Assembly (NCBI GenBank): GCA_023379265.1
Contig: JAMCUI010000012.1
Coordinates: 27,936 to 91,935, forward strand
DNA length: 64,000 bases
Direction of reading: 5' to 3'
From: Patescibacteria group bacterium
Lineage (GTDB): Bacteria > Patescibacteriota > Microgenomatia > 2-02-FULL-39-11
Shown here: piece by piece, positions 39,821 to 49,329 of the stretch
How the letters are laid out: the number at the start of each line of letters is the position of its first letter
Position numbering within the stretch: position 1 is the first letter of the stretch
Notes under the pieces: generated by a model
Database searches by the model: none
Told to the model about the DNA's origin: nothing
The model's input: only the letters and a program-made list of their open reading frames with translations
Program-made: the position numbers and the translations under genes

Positions 39821-40042
39821 TTATCTGTGAAACAGATTCTCTATTTTTACATCCAGTTTTCCGGCAATTTTCATCAACAGTTTGAGAGAGGGACTCTCCC
39901 GACCTTGCTCTATATATCCCATATACACTCTGCTTATTCCCAATCTAGCAGCAAACTCTTCCTGAGTAAAGTCTTTCTGTTTTCTCAACTTTTGAATTTT
40001 TTTACCTAATATTTTTAGAGCTCTTGCAGTGCTTCCCCGCAT
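39821..40042 (-). CDS. XRE-family (Cro/C1) helix-turn-helix transcriptional regulator.
   Basis: FTQEEFAARLGISRVYMGYIEQGRESPSLKLLMKIAGKL is a typical HTH_3 domain. Confidence 0.6.
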   Translation of the reverse strand: MRGSTARALKILGKKIQKLRKQKDFTQEEFAARLGISRVYMGYIEQGRESPSLKLLMKIAGKLDVKIENLFHR

Positions 40043-40178
40043 ACAGATAATTTTCCGTGCTGGAAGTCTGATAGTCTACTAAGTATAACTAAGCAATTAG
40101 CCTCAATTTACTACTTGAAACTCACGCTAAGAAATACTAAGATTTTTTCAGTGGGCAAACAAATTTTATCGTAAGTTT

Positions 40179-41150
40179 ATGAACAAGTACTTGCTTTTGT
40201 CATGCGGGTTTGTAGTACTGCTTGTAATCGTTTTTTTCTCCTTCACCCTCATCTTTTCTCCGCCTAAAGCAGCCGCCCAGAACTATCTCTTTGGTTCAAC
40301 CGGCGGGAATTTCTTCATCAAGCCCAGTGGCGGCAGCAATGTTTTCCAGATGGACTCAACGGGTCACATCTCAGTTGCCACAATCAACGCTTCAAATCTA
40401 TCTTCAGGAGCATTCGGTTCAAATACCGGCGGGGGCAACTATTCGTTCTCCGGCAACGTTGGTATTGGAACTGTAACACCTGGATATAAGCTTGACGTAC
40501 AAGGAGGAGATATTAATGTGAGTGGTAATCTGCGTGAGGCAGGATCAGCTTTATCTGGGAAATATGCTTATGTAGGAGGAGGAAATGCCTTGGGCACCTG
40601 GGGGATAAATGTCACGGGAAATGCCGCCACTGTAACAAATGGTATCTACACCACCAATATCGGCAGTTATGCTCCTTCACTCACAGGAAGCGGAGCCTCA
40701 GGTACGTGGGGAATAAATGTCACAGGTAGCGCCGGCAGTGTTGCCTGGGGAAACGTTTCTGGCAAACCATATCCTATCAATGGACAAAGCTGGAACTGGT
40801 CTGGCCAAGGCGGCCAGCCCACCTGGCTATGGGGAAGCAATGATGGTACAAATATGTATGTTTGGAATCCAAGTAATTTCAGCGTGAATAATGCCCTACA
40901 TTCTGCAACGATGGTTTGGGGCTTTAATGTTGGTCATGCCGTATGGACAACCGCAACTTGTCCTGCAGGACAAACTATTATAAGTGCCAAAAATATTGGT
41001 TATGGAAACTGTGACTGGAATCCTGGATGGTGTCACCAGAATTTCTCCGGTTCCAGCGTTAATCAACGTGAAGATTGCAAGGGCGCAACTAGTTGTAGTC
41101 AAATATCATGGGGGTGTTCGGGTAATTGCATAAATATAGTCTGTGATTAG
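40179..41150 (+). CDS. Secreted Gly/Ser/Asn-rich protein with a tail-fibre-like motif and a Cys-rich C-terminal domain.
   Basis: N-terminal anchor/signal, then GNVGIGTVTPGYKLDVQGGD. From memory, the IGTxxPxxKLxV motif resembles phage tail-fibre N-terminal segments. Eight C-terminal Cys residues. Confidence 0.4.
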   Translation: MNKYLLLSCGFVVLLVIVFFSFTLIFSPPKAAAQNYLFGSTGGNFFIKPSGGSNVFQMDSTGHISVATINASNLSSGAFGSNTGGGNYSFSGNVGIGTVTPGYKLDVQGGDINVSGNLREAGSALSGKYAYVGGGNALGTWGINVTGNAATVTNGIYTTNIGSYAPSLTGSGASGTWGINVTGSAGSVAWGNVSGKPYPINGQSWNWSGQGGQPTWLWGSNDGTNMYVWNPSNFSVNNALHSATMVWGFNVGHAVWTTATCPAGQTIISAKNIGYGNCDWNPGWCHQNFSGSSVNQREDCKGATSCSQISWGCSGNCINIVCD

Positions 41151-42074
41151 TTGTTTCTCAACATTAGGATGCGAAGTAAAATGACATCGTTGAAATTCTG
41201 GATACCAACCTTAGTTGTTATATTTTTATTAGGATACTTTTCGTCTAAGGTATTCAAGTTACAAAAAAGATCGGGGTTACCTATTTCCCCTAATATTCTC
41301 TACTTCACTTCTCCAACTACTTCATTTGTCGGTAGAGTGGAAAAAGTAGAAGGCAATATTGTTACTGTAAGTCAGGAACTAACCATAATAGAACCAACAC
41401 CTGTCCTCAACCCGAACCAACCTCCTCCTCCTATTCCCACCCCAATAAGACAAATCATCACTTACAAGATTGAAGTTACAAAAGATACTACAATCAGCCG
41501 TCCTCCATTAATGATAAATTACCTTTTTGTCACCCCAACTCCAATACAACCTCCACGATTTTCTATCCCTGACATTCAAAATGGCCAGACAATTACTATT
41601 TTAACCAACAGTGACCTTCGAATCCTTCAGGGAAACAAAGTTGTGGCAGAATCGATTCAATTACCGGCAATCAGCAATGCTCAAAATGGAACAATTACTA
41701 AAGTTGAAGGAAATATTATTACTTTACAAGCTTATAGTCCCACATCTCCAAATCCAGTTGGAAATATTGCACCATTACAAAGGCGCCAATATTTTATAAC
41801 TGTAACAAAGGATACAGAGGTATCCCAAATATCAAAATCGTCTACTCCAGAAAAATTTTCCTTGTCCGACCTCATGCCCGGCATGCAGATCAATGTGTAT
41901 ACCGACCAGGATATTACGACTACCGATCATCTTACCGCTCTTCGCATCGAGCCGCTACTCTCAAATCCACTCCCGCTTCTTGGAACTTCGTCTTCTCCTC
42001 AAAGTACCCCCTCCGCAACATCAAGTGTTCCAACTGTCCCAACAGCAACTACCCAACTGTCAACTTCCCGATGA
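41151..42074 (+). CDS. Membrane-anchored hypothetical protein with two ~90-aa internal repeats and a Pro-rich linker.
   Basis: TM segment IPTLVVIFLLGYF. VEKVEGNIVTVSQ... and ITKVEGNIITLQAYS... are duplicated modules. Confidence 0.35.
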   Translation: MFLNIRMRSKMTSLKFWIPTLVVIFLLGYFSSKVFKLQKRSGLPISPNILYFTSPTTSFVGRVEKVEGNIVTVSQELTIIEPTPVLNPNQPPPPIPTPIRQIITYKIEVTKDTTISRPPLMINYLFVTPTPIQPPRFSIPDIQNGQTITILTNSDLRILQGNKVVAESIQLPAISNAQNGTITKVEGNIITLQAYSPTSPNPVGNIAPLQRRQYFITVTKDTEVSQISKSSTPEKFSLSDLMPGMQINVYTDQDITTTDHLTALRIEPLLSNPLPLLGTSSSPQSTPSATSSVPTVPTATTQLSTSR

Positions 42075-42086
42075 CATTTTTCTTTT

Positions 42087-45059
42087 TTACTGCCAGGCTT
42101 CGCAGATAAGCCGGAAATCACAAAAATCACACCATGGTCCCACCTTTGGCTCAAAAGCGCTGATTGAGATTTCCTGTGCTTTTCCCAAAAGATCTTCTCT
42201 TGCTTGTACCAACTGCTCCTCTGACCTGGTTGATGACACTTTCTCATACTGGTCAAAAAAATAAAAGGAAAGTATGACATCTTCAGCTTTTTTGTTATAT
42301 ATACCCCTGTCAGTAGCCGCAAGTGCATAAACCGTCATTTGAAGATTTTCCCTGATCTCTTTTTCCGTTGGCCTTCTGCCTGTCTTATAATCTATGACCT
42401 CTATCTTGCCTTCGGAAGTAATATCCACCCGGTCAATTTTGCCGCCTATTGCCAGTGTCGGACTTAGCCTTATCTTGAAAACCTGTTCCAAACTTTGCGG
42501 GATAATTTCCGGATTATAGAATTTCTCAAAAAAGTTAGTCAGCATTTCCCTGCCTCTTTCTTTCATCCTATCCTCGTATTGCCTACTGCCGTAACCCACA
42601 GGCAACCATACCTCATCAAGTATCTTTAATAATTTCTCCTTATCCAGTTTCTCGCCCCGTTTGATCCTTTCATAAAAAGTCTGCAGCGCCTCATGCATAG
42701 AAGATCCAAAAGATCCGGCCGCACTTGGAGGAACTGGAATTTTCAATATATATCTGTATTTATACTGCAAAGGGCAAGTGGTAAAAGTATCAATTTGTGA
42801 ATATGAAAGATAGTTTATAGGCTGACGTATGGGATTTCGCGGCAACTCTTCCACTTTTTTCCACTCCAAAAGAGTCAACTGCTTTATTTTCTCCTTTGAA
42901 GAATTTTTGCCTAGCATCGCCAAATCAATATCCAACGTCTCCCCGACAAAAGTGGAAATTTTTCTCTCCCTTTTGCCTTCTCCGTAATAATTGGCTGCAG
43001 AAAGTATAAACCTATCACGGGCACGGGTCACACCTACATAAAAAAGCCTTCTTTCTTCCTCCAGATGATAATCCCCCTCAGGTAAAATCTCTTTTACCAA
43101 CTCATCGGGTATGGGTATCTTTTCCCGTCGCTCTGTTGTAGGAAATCTTCCCGCCACAAGATTTACCAGAAATACATTTGGAAATTCCAGGCCCTTGCTT
43201 GAATGCACTGTCAATATATTTACGGCGTCATTTTCCATCCAGTCGACATCAGCCGCCAGCGGACTCTCTCCCAACTCCATGGACATGTTTATCCAGTCGA
43301 TAACGGCCTGCACACTGGCATCATCATGCCCTGCTTCAAAACTCTTCAATTTATTGAAAAATTTTGAAATGTTTTGTGCAGTCCTTTCTTCCTTAACTGA
43401 TTTATATTCTGTAAACTGGCGCAGAAGACCGGCATCCTCAAGGAAAAAATAAAGTATCTGCCCGGCAGTCTCAGTCTTTACCAGTTTCAGATGGCGCTCT
43501 ACCATTTCTGTCAATTTTGCCAATTTCTCCTTTGTCTGGATACTTATGAATGGCAGAAAATTTCCGTAATTTTTTTCCATACTCCAATGATCTTTATCTC
43601 CTTTATGGTAAGCAACTACCGCTTCAATCGCCTCAAAAGTAGAAAGACCGACCCGCCTGGCAAAATTGTTTATGGATGAAAGATCACGGATGTTTATGCC
43701 AAATATCGGCATGGAAAGTACACGGTAAACTGCTACAGAATCAGAAATATCAGACAAAAGAGTCAGGTATGCAATAAGGTCTTTTATCTCAGGCTGCCGG
43801 AAAAGCATCCCCGGCCCCAAGAATTGATAAGGAATACCGGCTCTCACAAGCCCCCTGACAAAAGGCTCTGCCTGGCTGTTAGCTCTTATCAGTACGGCAA
43901 AATCCTTCCAATCATATACCTCTTCATCTTTTTCATCCTTACAACTTTTTTTAATATATTTTATTTTCTTTACCACCTCTTCCACTTCATCCTCCACTCT
44001 TTCCTCCCGGATAAATTCAATTTTCTCCCCTTTCAGTTTCCTTGCCGAGACAAGCTTCTTATCGAATTTTTCTTTTACCTCCAGCCTGTCGGGATTATTG
44101 AATTGGATTAATTTATACGCACTATCCAAAATCTCTTCAGATGAGCGGTAATTTTCCGTCAGGACAACCATTTTTGCTTTTGGAAATCGGCTCCTGAATT
44201 GGATTATGTTTGAGATAGCAGCTCCGCGCCAACGGTATATCGCCTGATCATCATCCCCCACGACAGTAATATTTTTTCCTCTGCCGGCAAGAAGTATTGC
44301 CAATTCATTTTGGGCAAAATTGGTATCCTGAAACTCATCTATCAATATATATTTGAACTGTTCCTGATAGTGTCGCAAAATGTTTTGTCTTTTGCGGAAT
44401 AGCAAAAGCGTATTGCTTATAAGATCGGAAAAATCCATCACTCCTTCTTTCACCTTCAACTCTTCATAAGTCCTGTAAGCGTTTGCCAATTCAATATATT
44501 TATCAGTGCTCACCTTTTCTTCCTCACTTTGTTCCCTGTTCCCTGCTCTTTGTTTATTAGCCCACTTAATATATTGACTAGGCTCCACGTCTTCATCTTT
44601 CAATCTCTCAAAATGCTGCAGCATACCTTCTATGAATTTTGTCGGGTTCCCAAGAGGCCTGAAATAATTTAAGGCAAAGCGGAATAGGTTCTTCCTGAAA
44701 AAAATGATGCTTTCAGCCTGCGTCATCAGTTTGTATCCTGGGTCAAGTCCTATCTCAAGAGCTTCCTGCCGCAATATTTTTTCCCCAAATGAATGGAAAG
44801 TAGTAATAAACATTTGTGTATATCCATATGGCATGGCAATATCCACTCTTTCCTCCATCTCTTTTGCGGCTTTATCAGTAAAAGTCAAAGCCAGAATTTC
44901 TACAGGTTTGGCCAGATTTTTTGAGATAAGCCACTTTATCCTCTCGGTAATAACAGTTGTCTTTCCTGTTCCGGCTCCGGCAATTATAAGAAGAGGGCCC
45001 ACGCCATGACGAACTGCCTGAGATTGTTTCTTATTTAGTTTTCTGAAATCCATCTTCAT
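42087..45059 (-). CDS. UvrD-family SF1 helicase fused to a C-terminal PD-(D/E)xK nuclease with a 4-Cys (Cas4/AddB/RecB-like) cluster.
   Basis: Walker A AGAGTGKTTV, DEFQDTN, and helicase motif VHSSKGLEFPNVF. C-terminus carries CPLQYKYRY...WCDFCDFRLICEAW. Confidence 0.8.
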   Translation of the reverse strand: MKMDFRKLNKKQSQAVRHGVGPLLIIAGAGTGKTTVITERIKWLISKNLAKPVEILALTFTDKAAKEMEERVDIAMPYGYTQMFITTFHSFGEKILRQEALEIGLDPGYKLMTQAESIIFFRKNLFRFALNYFRPLGNPTKFIEGMLQHFERLKDEDVEPSQYIKWANKQRAGNREQSEEEKVSTDKYIELANAYRTYEELKVKEGVMDFSDLISNTLLLFRKRQNILRHYQEQFKYILIDEFQDTNFAQNELAILLAGRGKNITVVGDDDQAIYRWRGAAISNIIQFRSRFPKAKMVVLTENYRSSEEILDSAYKLIQFNNPDRLEVKEKFDKKLVSARKLKGEKIEFIREERVEDEVEEVVKKIKYIKKSCKDEKDEEVYDWKDFAVLIRANSQAEPFVRGLVRAGIPYQFLGPGMLFRQPEIKDLIAYLTLLSDISDSVAVYRVLSMPIFGINIRDLSSINNFARRVGLSTFEAIEAVVAYHKGDKDHWSMEKNYGNFLPFISIQTKEKLAKLTEMVERHLKLVKTETAGQILYFFLEDAGLLRQFTEYKSVKEERTAQNISKFFNKLKSFEAGHDDASVQAVIDWINMSMELGESPLAADVDWMENDAVNILTVHSSKGLEFPNVFLVNLVAGRFPTTERREKIPIPDELVKEILPEGDYHLEEERRLFYVGVTRARDRFILSAANYYGEGKRERKISTFVGETLDIDLAMLGKNSSKEKIKQLTLLEWKKVEELPRNPIRQPINYLSYSQIDTFTTCPLQYKYRYILKIPVPPSAAGSFGSSMHEALQTFYERIKRGEKLDKEKLLKILDEVWLPVGYGSRQYEDRMKERGREMLTNFFEKFYNPEIIPQSLEQVFKIRLSPTLAIGGKIDRVDITSEGKIEVIDYKTGRRPTEKEIRENLQMTVYALAATDRGIYNKKAEDVILSFYFFDQYEKVSSTRSEEQLVQAREDLLGKAQEISISAFEPKVGPWCDFCDFRLICEAWQ

Positions 45060-45092
45060 ATATATTGATAAGACTTATTACCAATGATAGGA

Positions 45093-46136
45093 TTATTCTC
45101 CCTGACTTTTTTGTCTATTCTTATTTTCTTCAACATCACTCAATGATTGGACACTTTTCAATTTCTGCCCAAGAAGAGTAAAGCTTGAGGAGACATTATT
45201 CATCTGGTTATATGCGTTAGTCAGATGACGGTTTAACACATTTAGGTTATCTTCAATCCTGAGATAATCTTTCTGCACAGCTTTTATTGTTAGAAGTATT
45301 TGCCTGGCTTGTTTCTCGATTCTTTGTCCCTCAAATGACATAAGGATTGCCCGCATATAAGCATAAAATGTCATCGGGGACACGGGCAGTATCCTTTTCT
45401 CAGCGGCATAATCATAAAGACGGGGATTATTCACCACTTCATAATATACTGCTTCGCTGGGAAGATACATGAGAGCATAATCTATCGTTCCCTCATCAGT
45501 CAGTATATATTTTTGGGAGATATCATCGATATGCTTCTTGACGCTTTTTTCAAAAATCTGTCCGGCACTTTTCCTCTCTTCATCATTTTTTGCCTCGGTT
45601 ATCCGACGGAAACTCTCCATAGGAAATTTAGAATCAATTGGGATAATACCATTTGCCGTTGTAACTGCCGCATCCACTGTCGCTCCCGACCTGAATGAGT
45701 ACTGCAGATGGAAAGATTGTTTGGGCAGCATCTGGGAAAGAATCTCTTTGAGTATATGTTCACCTATATTACCGCGAAGTTTTGGACTTTGCAGAAATTC
45801 CTGCAAATCTTTCATGCTACGTCCAATCTCGCTCATCTCACCTATGTTTTTCTGGACGCCCGCAATAAATTTTGCTGCATTATCCAGCCGTTCATTCATA
45901 TCACGGGTGGAAGACTGTAGGGTAGAAACGATATTTTTATTCTGCTGGTCAATCCGAAAGTTTGTACTTTTCAGCCACTCCAATATCTCCTCTGACGGCT
46001 TTTGCCTTTTCTCAAATTCATCAATAAATCTTTTCAAAAGGAAAATAATAATCAGGAAAAATGCGGCAATAACGGATAGAAGAATAAAAAGATTCACCTG
46101 GTTCATAAAAAACTGGGAAAAATAATTGGATTTCAT
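45093..46136 (-). CDS. rmuC: DNA recombination protein RmuC.
   Basis: N-terminal TM segment plus coiled coil, and family motifs LRGNIGEHILKEIL and IIPIDSKFP. Confidence 0.75.
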   Translation of the reverse strand: MKSNYFSQFFMNQVNLFILLSVIAAFFLIIIFLLKRFIDEFEKRQKPSEEILEWLKSTNFRIDQQNKNIVSTLQSSTRDMNERLDNAAKFIAGVQKNIGEMSEIGRSMKDLQEFLQSPKLRGNIGEHILKEILSQMLPKQSFHLQYSFRSGATVDAAVTTANGIIPIDSKFPMESFRRITEAKNDEERKSAGQIFEKSVKKHIDDISQKYILTDEGTIDYALMYLPSEAVYYEVVNNPRLYDYAAEKRILPVSPMTFYAYMRAILMSFEGQRIEKQARQILLTIKAVQKDYLRIEDNLNVLNRHLTNAYNQMNNVSSSFTLLGQKLKSVQSLSDVEENKNRQKSQGE

Positions 46137-46266
46137 TCTAACATTAAAAAGGCTAAAATGTAATTAGCCATCCTTGCGAGTTAGATAATTTCTACTGAGA
46201 GCTTTTAATTTCCAGGACCCATAAATTCAGTTAAAAAAACTTAAACATTTCCGTCATAATTACTCT

Positions 46267-46572
46267 ATGCATAGAAAAAATAGAAGAAAACTCATTTCCA
46301 GGACGGCAATTACCATAACTATCTTTCTCCTTTATGTAAATATTTTTCCTCCAGAAAGTCCATTTTCATTTCTAGGTTTCTATCTACTTGCTACGCTAAC
46401 ACTCTTTTTTTTCTTTATGATTTTTCTGGACTCAAAAAGCCAGTCAATCCTTTGGTCTTTAACCATTATCACCTTTCTTATACTGCGGCAATTTCATCTG
46501 GAGAATGTTTTAAATATTCTTATCCTAGCCAGTCTTGCCGTGACCCTGGCAATATATTTCAGTAAAAGCTGA
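46267..46572 (+). CDS. Small membrane protein (3 TM), hypothetical.
   Basis: Complete ORF with hydrophobic helices. Confidence 0.3.
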   Translation: MHRKNRRKLISRTAITITIFLLYVNIFPPESPFSFLGFYLLATLTLFFFFMIFLDSKSQSILWSLTIITFLILRQFHLENVLNILILASLAVTLAIYFSKS

Positions 46573-46591
46573 AACTTTTAGAGCTTCATTT

Positions 46592-46619
46592 ATTGACAAT
46601 CATTTGAAATATGCTATAT
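46592..46619 (+). promoter_or_regulatory. Sigma70-type promoter for the DUF62 gene leader.
   Basis: TTGACA (46592-46597), 16 nt, TATATT. Confidence 0.5.
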
Positions 46620-46804
46620 TTAGTAAAATGACGATTCAATCTTCCGTTATGATGGACATGATGCTTGCTTCCTAGCGGAGGTTTTTTATTGTGAAAATTT
46701 GACCTCCGCAAGGAGGTTTTTTTATGCAATTCTTGCTGATACAAAGTGAGACATAGAAATGCATAATCCGCCGAAGATTTAGCGAGGGCGGATGGATAAA
46801 TATC

Positions 46805-47560
46805 ATGTATAAATTAATTACGGTTACAACTGATTTCGGAGACCAGTTTGCTGCCGCCCAACTAAAGGCGATAATTGCTGTTTTGGGTTTCGATGGTGAA
46901 ATTATCGAAAACCACAGTGTTTCCTCTTTTTCTATTGCTGAAGGAGCTTTCCAAATTAATCTTATCTCAAAATTTTCTCCCTCAGGCACAGTACATTTAG
47001 GAGTAATTGATCCTGGAGTTGGAAGCAATAGAAGAGGAATTATAGTAAAGACAAAAAACTTCTGGTTTGTCGGACCTGACAACGGCTTATTGTATCCGGC
47101 AATTGAAAATGATGGAATTGAAAACTCATGGGTTTTAAGTGAAAACAAAATCAGCCAAAAAGTATCAAGCACTTTCCACGGCCGGGACGTATTTATAAAA
47201 GCTGCAGTTTATGCCGCACAGGGCAAACGCCCAGAAAATTTCGGGTGCTGCCCAGTTAGCAACAACTCGTTAAAGAAAATTAATTTCAGGACCGGCCAGG
47301 TACTTCATATAGATTCTTTTGGCAATATCAAAATATACTGGCCAAACGAGATTACGGTCGGAAGAAAATTGCTTATTAAAAATAAAAAAATCCGGCTGGA
47401 ACTTCCGATAGTAAAAACTTTCTCCGATGTACCACAAAACAGTCCCCTTGCAATTATTGGAAGTAGTTATACTCTGGAGCTGGCCGTAAATTTGGGTAAT
47501 GCCGCGGCATTTTTGGGCATAAATAATACTGATATTTTGGATATTGCGTATAAACCCTAA
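46805..47560 (+). CDS. DUF62 / SAM hydroxide adenosyltransferase family protein (fluorinase/chlorinase-like fold).
   Basis: TDFG near the N-terminus, GVIDPGVGS, and FHGRDVF. Confidence 0.75.
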   Translation: MYKLITVTTDFGDQFAAAQLKAIIAVLGFDGEIIENHSVSSFSIAEGAFQINLISKFSPSGTVHLGVIDPGVGSNRRGIIVKTKNFWFVGPDNGLLYPAIENDGIENSWVLSENKISQKVSSTFHGRDVFIKAAVYAAQGKRPENFGCCPVSNNSLKKINFRTGQVLHIDSFGNIKIYWPNEITVGRKLLIKNKKIRLELPIVKTFSDVPQNSPLAIIGSSYTLELAVNLGNAAAFLGINNTDILDIAYKP

Positions 47561-47581
47561 TGGATATATTTCAAATTCTTT

Positions 47582-47896
47582 ATGAAAAGCATAAGTAAAT
47601 TTTCAATAAAAGAAACCAGCAAATCTTTTCAAGGGCCGTGGGACCCCAAAAATCTTACCGAAATTTCTGGTAAAATCCTACGTATTGCTAAGTTTGAAGG
47701 AAGATACGGCGATACTCTCCATACCCATAAATATGACGAATTTTTCCTTGTCTTGAAAGGGAAAATTGAAATTATCACGGAAATAGGTAAAATTAGACTA
47801 TGTCCGCTGGAAGGGACTATTATCCCAAAAGGCATTCAACACCAGCCCTTTGCCAAAAAGCCTGCACTGGTTTTAATGTTAGACCCTAAAAATTAA
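47582..47896 (+). CDS. Small cupin-fold protein.
   Basis: ~100 aa, with His-containing beta strands (HTHKYDEFFLVLKG...IPKGIQHQP). Confidence 0.45.
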   Translation: MKSISKFSIKETSKSFQGPWDPKNLTEISGKILRIAKFEGRYGDTLHTHKYDEFFLVLKGKIEIITEIGKIRLCPLEGTIIPKGIQHQPFAKKPALVLMLDPKN

Positions 47897-47898
47897 CT

Positions 47899-49329
47899 AT
47901 GATTAAATTTTACCTTACAAGTGCAATTCCCTATGTCAACGCCGCTCCCCACATCGGCCATGCACAGGAATTTGTCTATTCTGATACCGTCAGAAGATAC
48001 AGAAAACTAAAAGGAGAAGATGTCACATATCTTTGCGGAGCCGATGAAAATGCTCTAAAAATTGTCCAGGCGGCGGAAAAGAAAAAACAAGACCCCCAGA
48101 CTTTCTGCAATGTACATCAAAAGGAGTTTCTTAACCTGGCAGAGAAACTCAACGTGAAATTTGACATATGGCAAAGGGGAACAGACCGCAAACATCACTT
48201 TCCCGCCTCACAAAAGCTTTGGGAACTTTGCGACAAAAAAGGAGATATCTATAAAAAGACATATACCGGTCTGTATTGTGTGGGCTGTGAAACTTTTTAT
48301 ACGCCTGATGAGTTGGACGGGAAAGGAGAATGTTTTGAACATCCTGGCAAAAAACTTGATAATGTATCAGAAGAAAATTATTTTTTCAAACTTTCCCGCT
48401 ACCAGAAATTTCTGGAAGATTTGATTAAAACAAATAAATTAAAAATCTTTCCAGAAATCCGCAGAAATGAAGCTTTTGCTTTTATAAACCGCGGGCTTGA
48501 AGACTTCTCTATCTCCCGTAGCAGACAACGCGCCAAAAATTGGGGAGTACCGGTACCGGATGACCCCAACCAGATTATGTATGTCTGGTTTGACGCCCTG
48601 AATATTTACCAGAGCGGCATTGGGTTGGGCTGGGATGAGAAGAAATTCAGAAAATGGGCTCCCCAGGATGCTATGATTATTGGTAAAGGAATATTGCGTT
48701 TCCATGCGGTATACTGGCCGGCAATTTTGCAGTCGGCCGGACTACCGCTTCCTCAAACTCTCTTTGTCCACGGTTATATGACCGTTGACGGCCAAAAAAT
48801 GTCCAAAACTGTTGGCAACGTTGTTGATCCAGTTGAAATTCTGGAAAAGTACAATAGTGATTCCTTAAGGTACTATCTTTTACGCGAAATTCCCTCTTAT
48901 TCCGACGGGGATTATTCAGAAAGGAGATTTAAGGAGCTTTATAACTCCGACCTGGCTAACGGATTGGGTAATCTCGTGGCAAGAGTGGCCCGACTGGCGG
49001 AAAAGACAGAGGTGCTTCAAATACATAAATTCTCATTTAATGAACGAGCCGCAGGAAATTTCCAAAAAAATCTGGAAGAATACCGGTTCAATGATGCGAT
49101 TGAAATTATCTGGAATAAAATCAAAGAAGCCAATCAACATATTGACACAAATGAACCATGGAAATTGACAGAGAAAGGCCTCACGTCATTTCTAAATGTT
49201 TCAGCCAACAGAATTGTCGAAATTGCCACTCTCTTGCAACCGTTTCTGCCCCAGACTTCAAAAAAAATTCTCGACCAGTTCCAGTCAAAAGAAATTAGAT
49301 CACAACCGCCTTTGTTTCCCAGATTATGA
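47899..49329 (+). CDS. metG: Methionyl-tRNA synthetase (short form).
   Basis: HIGH-class motif PHIGHAQEF, a zinc knuckle (CVGCETF...C), and KMSKT as KMSKTVGN. Confidence 0.85.
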   Translation: MIKFYLTSAIPYVNAAPHIGHAQEFVYSDTVRRYRKLKGEDVTYLCGADENALKIVQAAEKKKQDPQTFCNVHQKEFLNLAEKLNVKFDIWQRGTDRKHHFPASQKLWELCDKKGDIYKKTYTGLYCVGCETFYTPDELDGKGECFEHPGKKLDNVSEENYFFKLSRYQKFLEDLIKTNKLKIFPEIRRNEAFAFINRGLEDFSISRSRQRAKNWGVPVPDDPNQIMYVWFDALNIYQSGIGLGWDEKKFRKWAPQDAMIIGKGILRFHAVYWPAILQSAGLPLPQTLFVHGYMTVDGQKMSKTVGNVVDPVEILEKYNSDSLRYYLLREIPSYSDGDYSERRFKELYNSDLANGLGNLVARVARLAEKTEVLQIHKFSFNERAAGNFQKNLEEYRFNDAIEIIWNKIKEANQHIDTNEPWKLTEKGLTSFLNVSANRIVEIATLLQPFLPQTSKKILDQFQSKEIRSQPPLFPRL

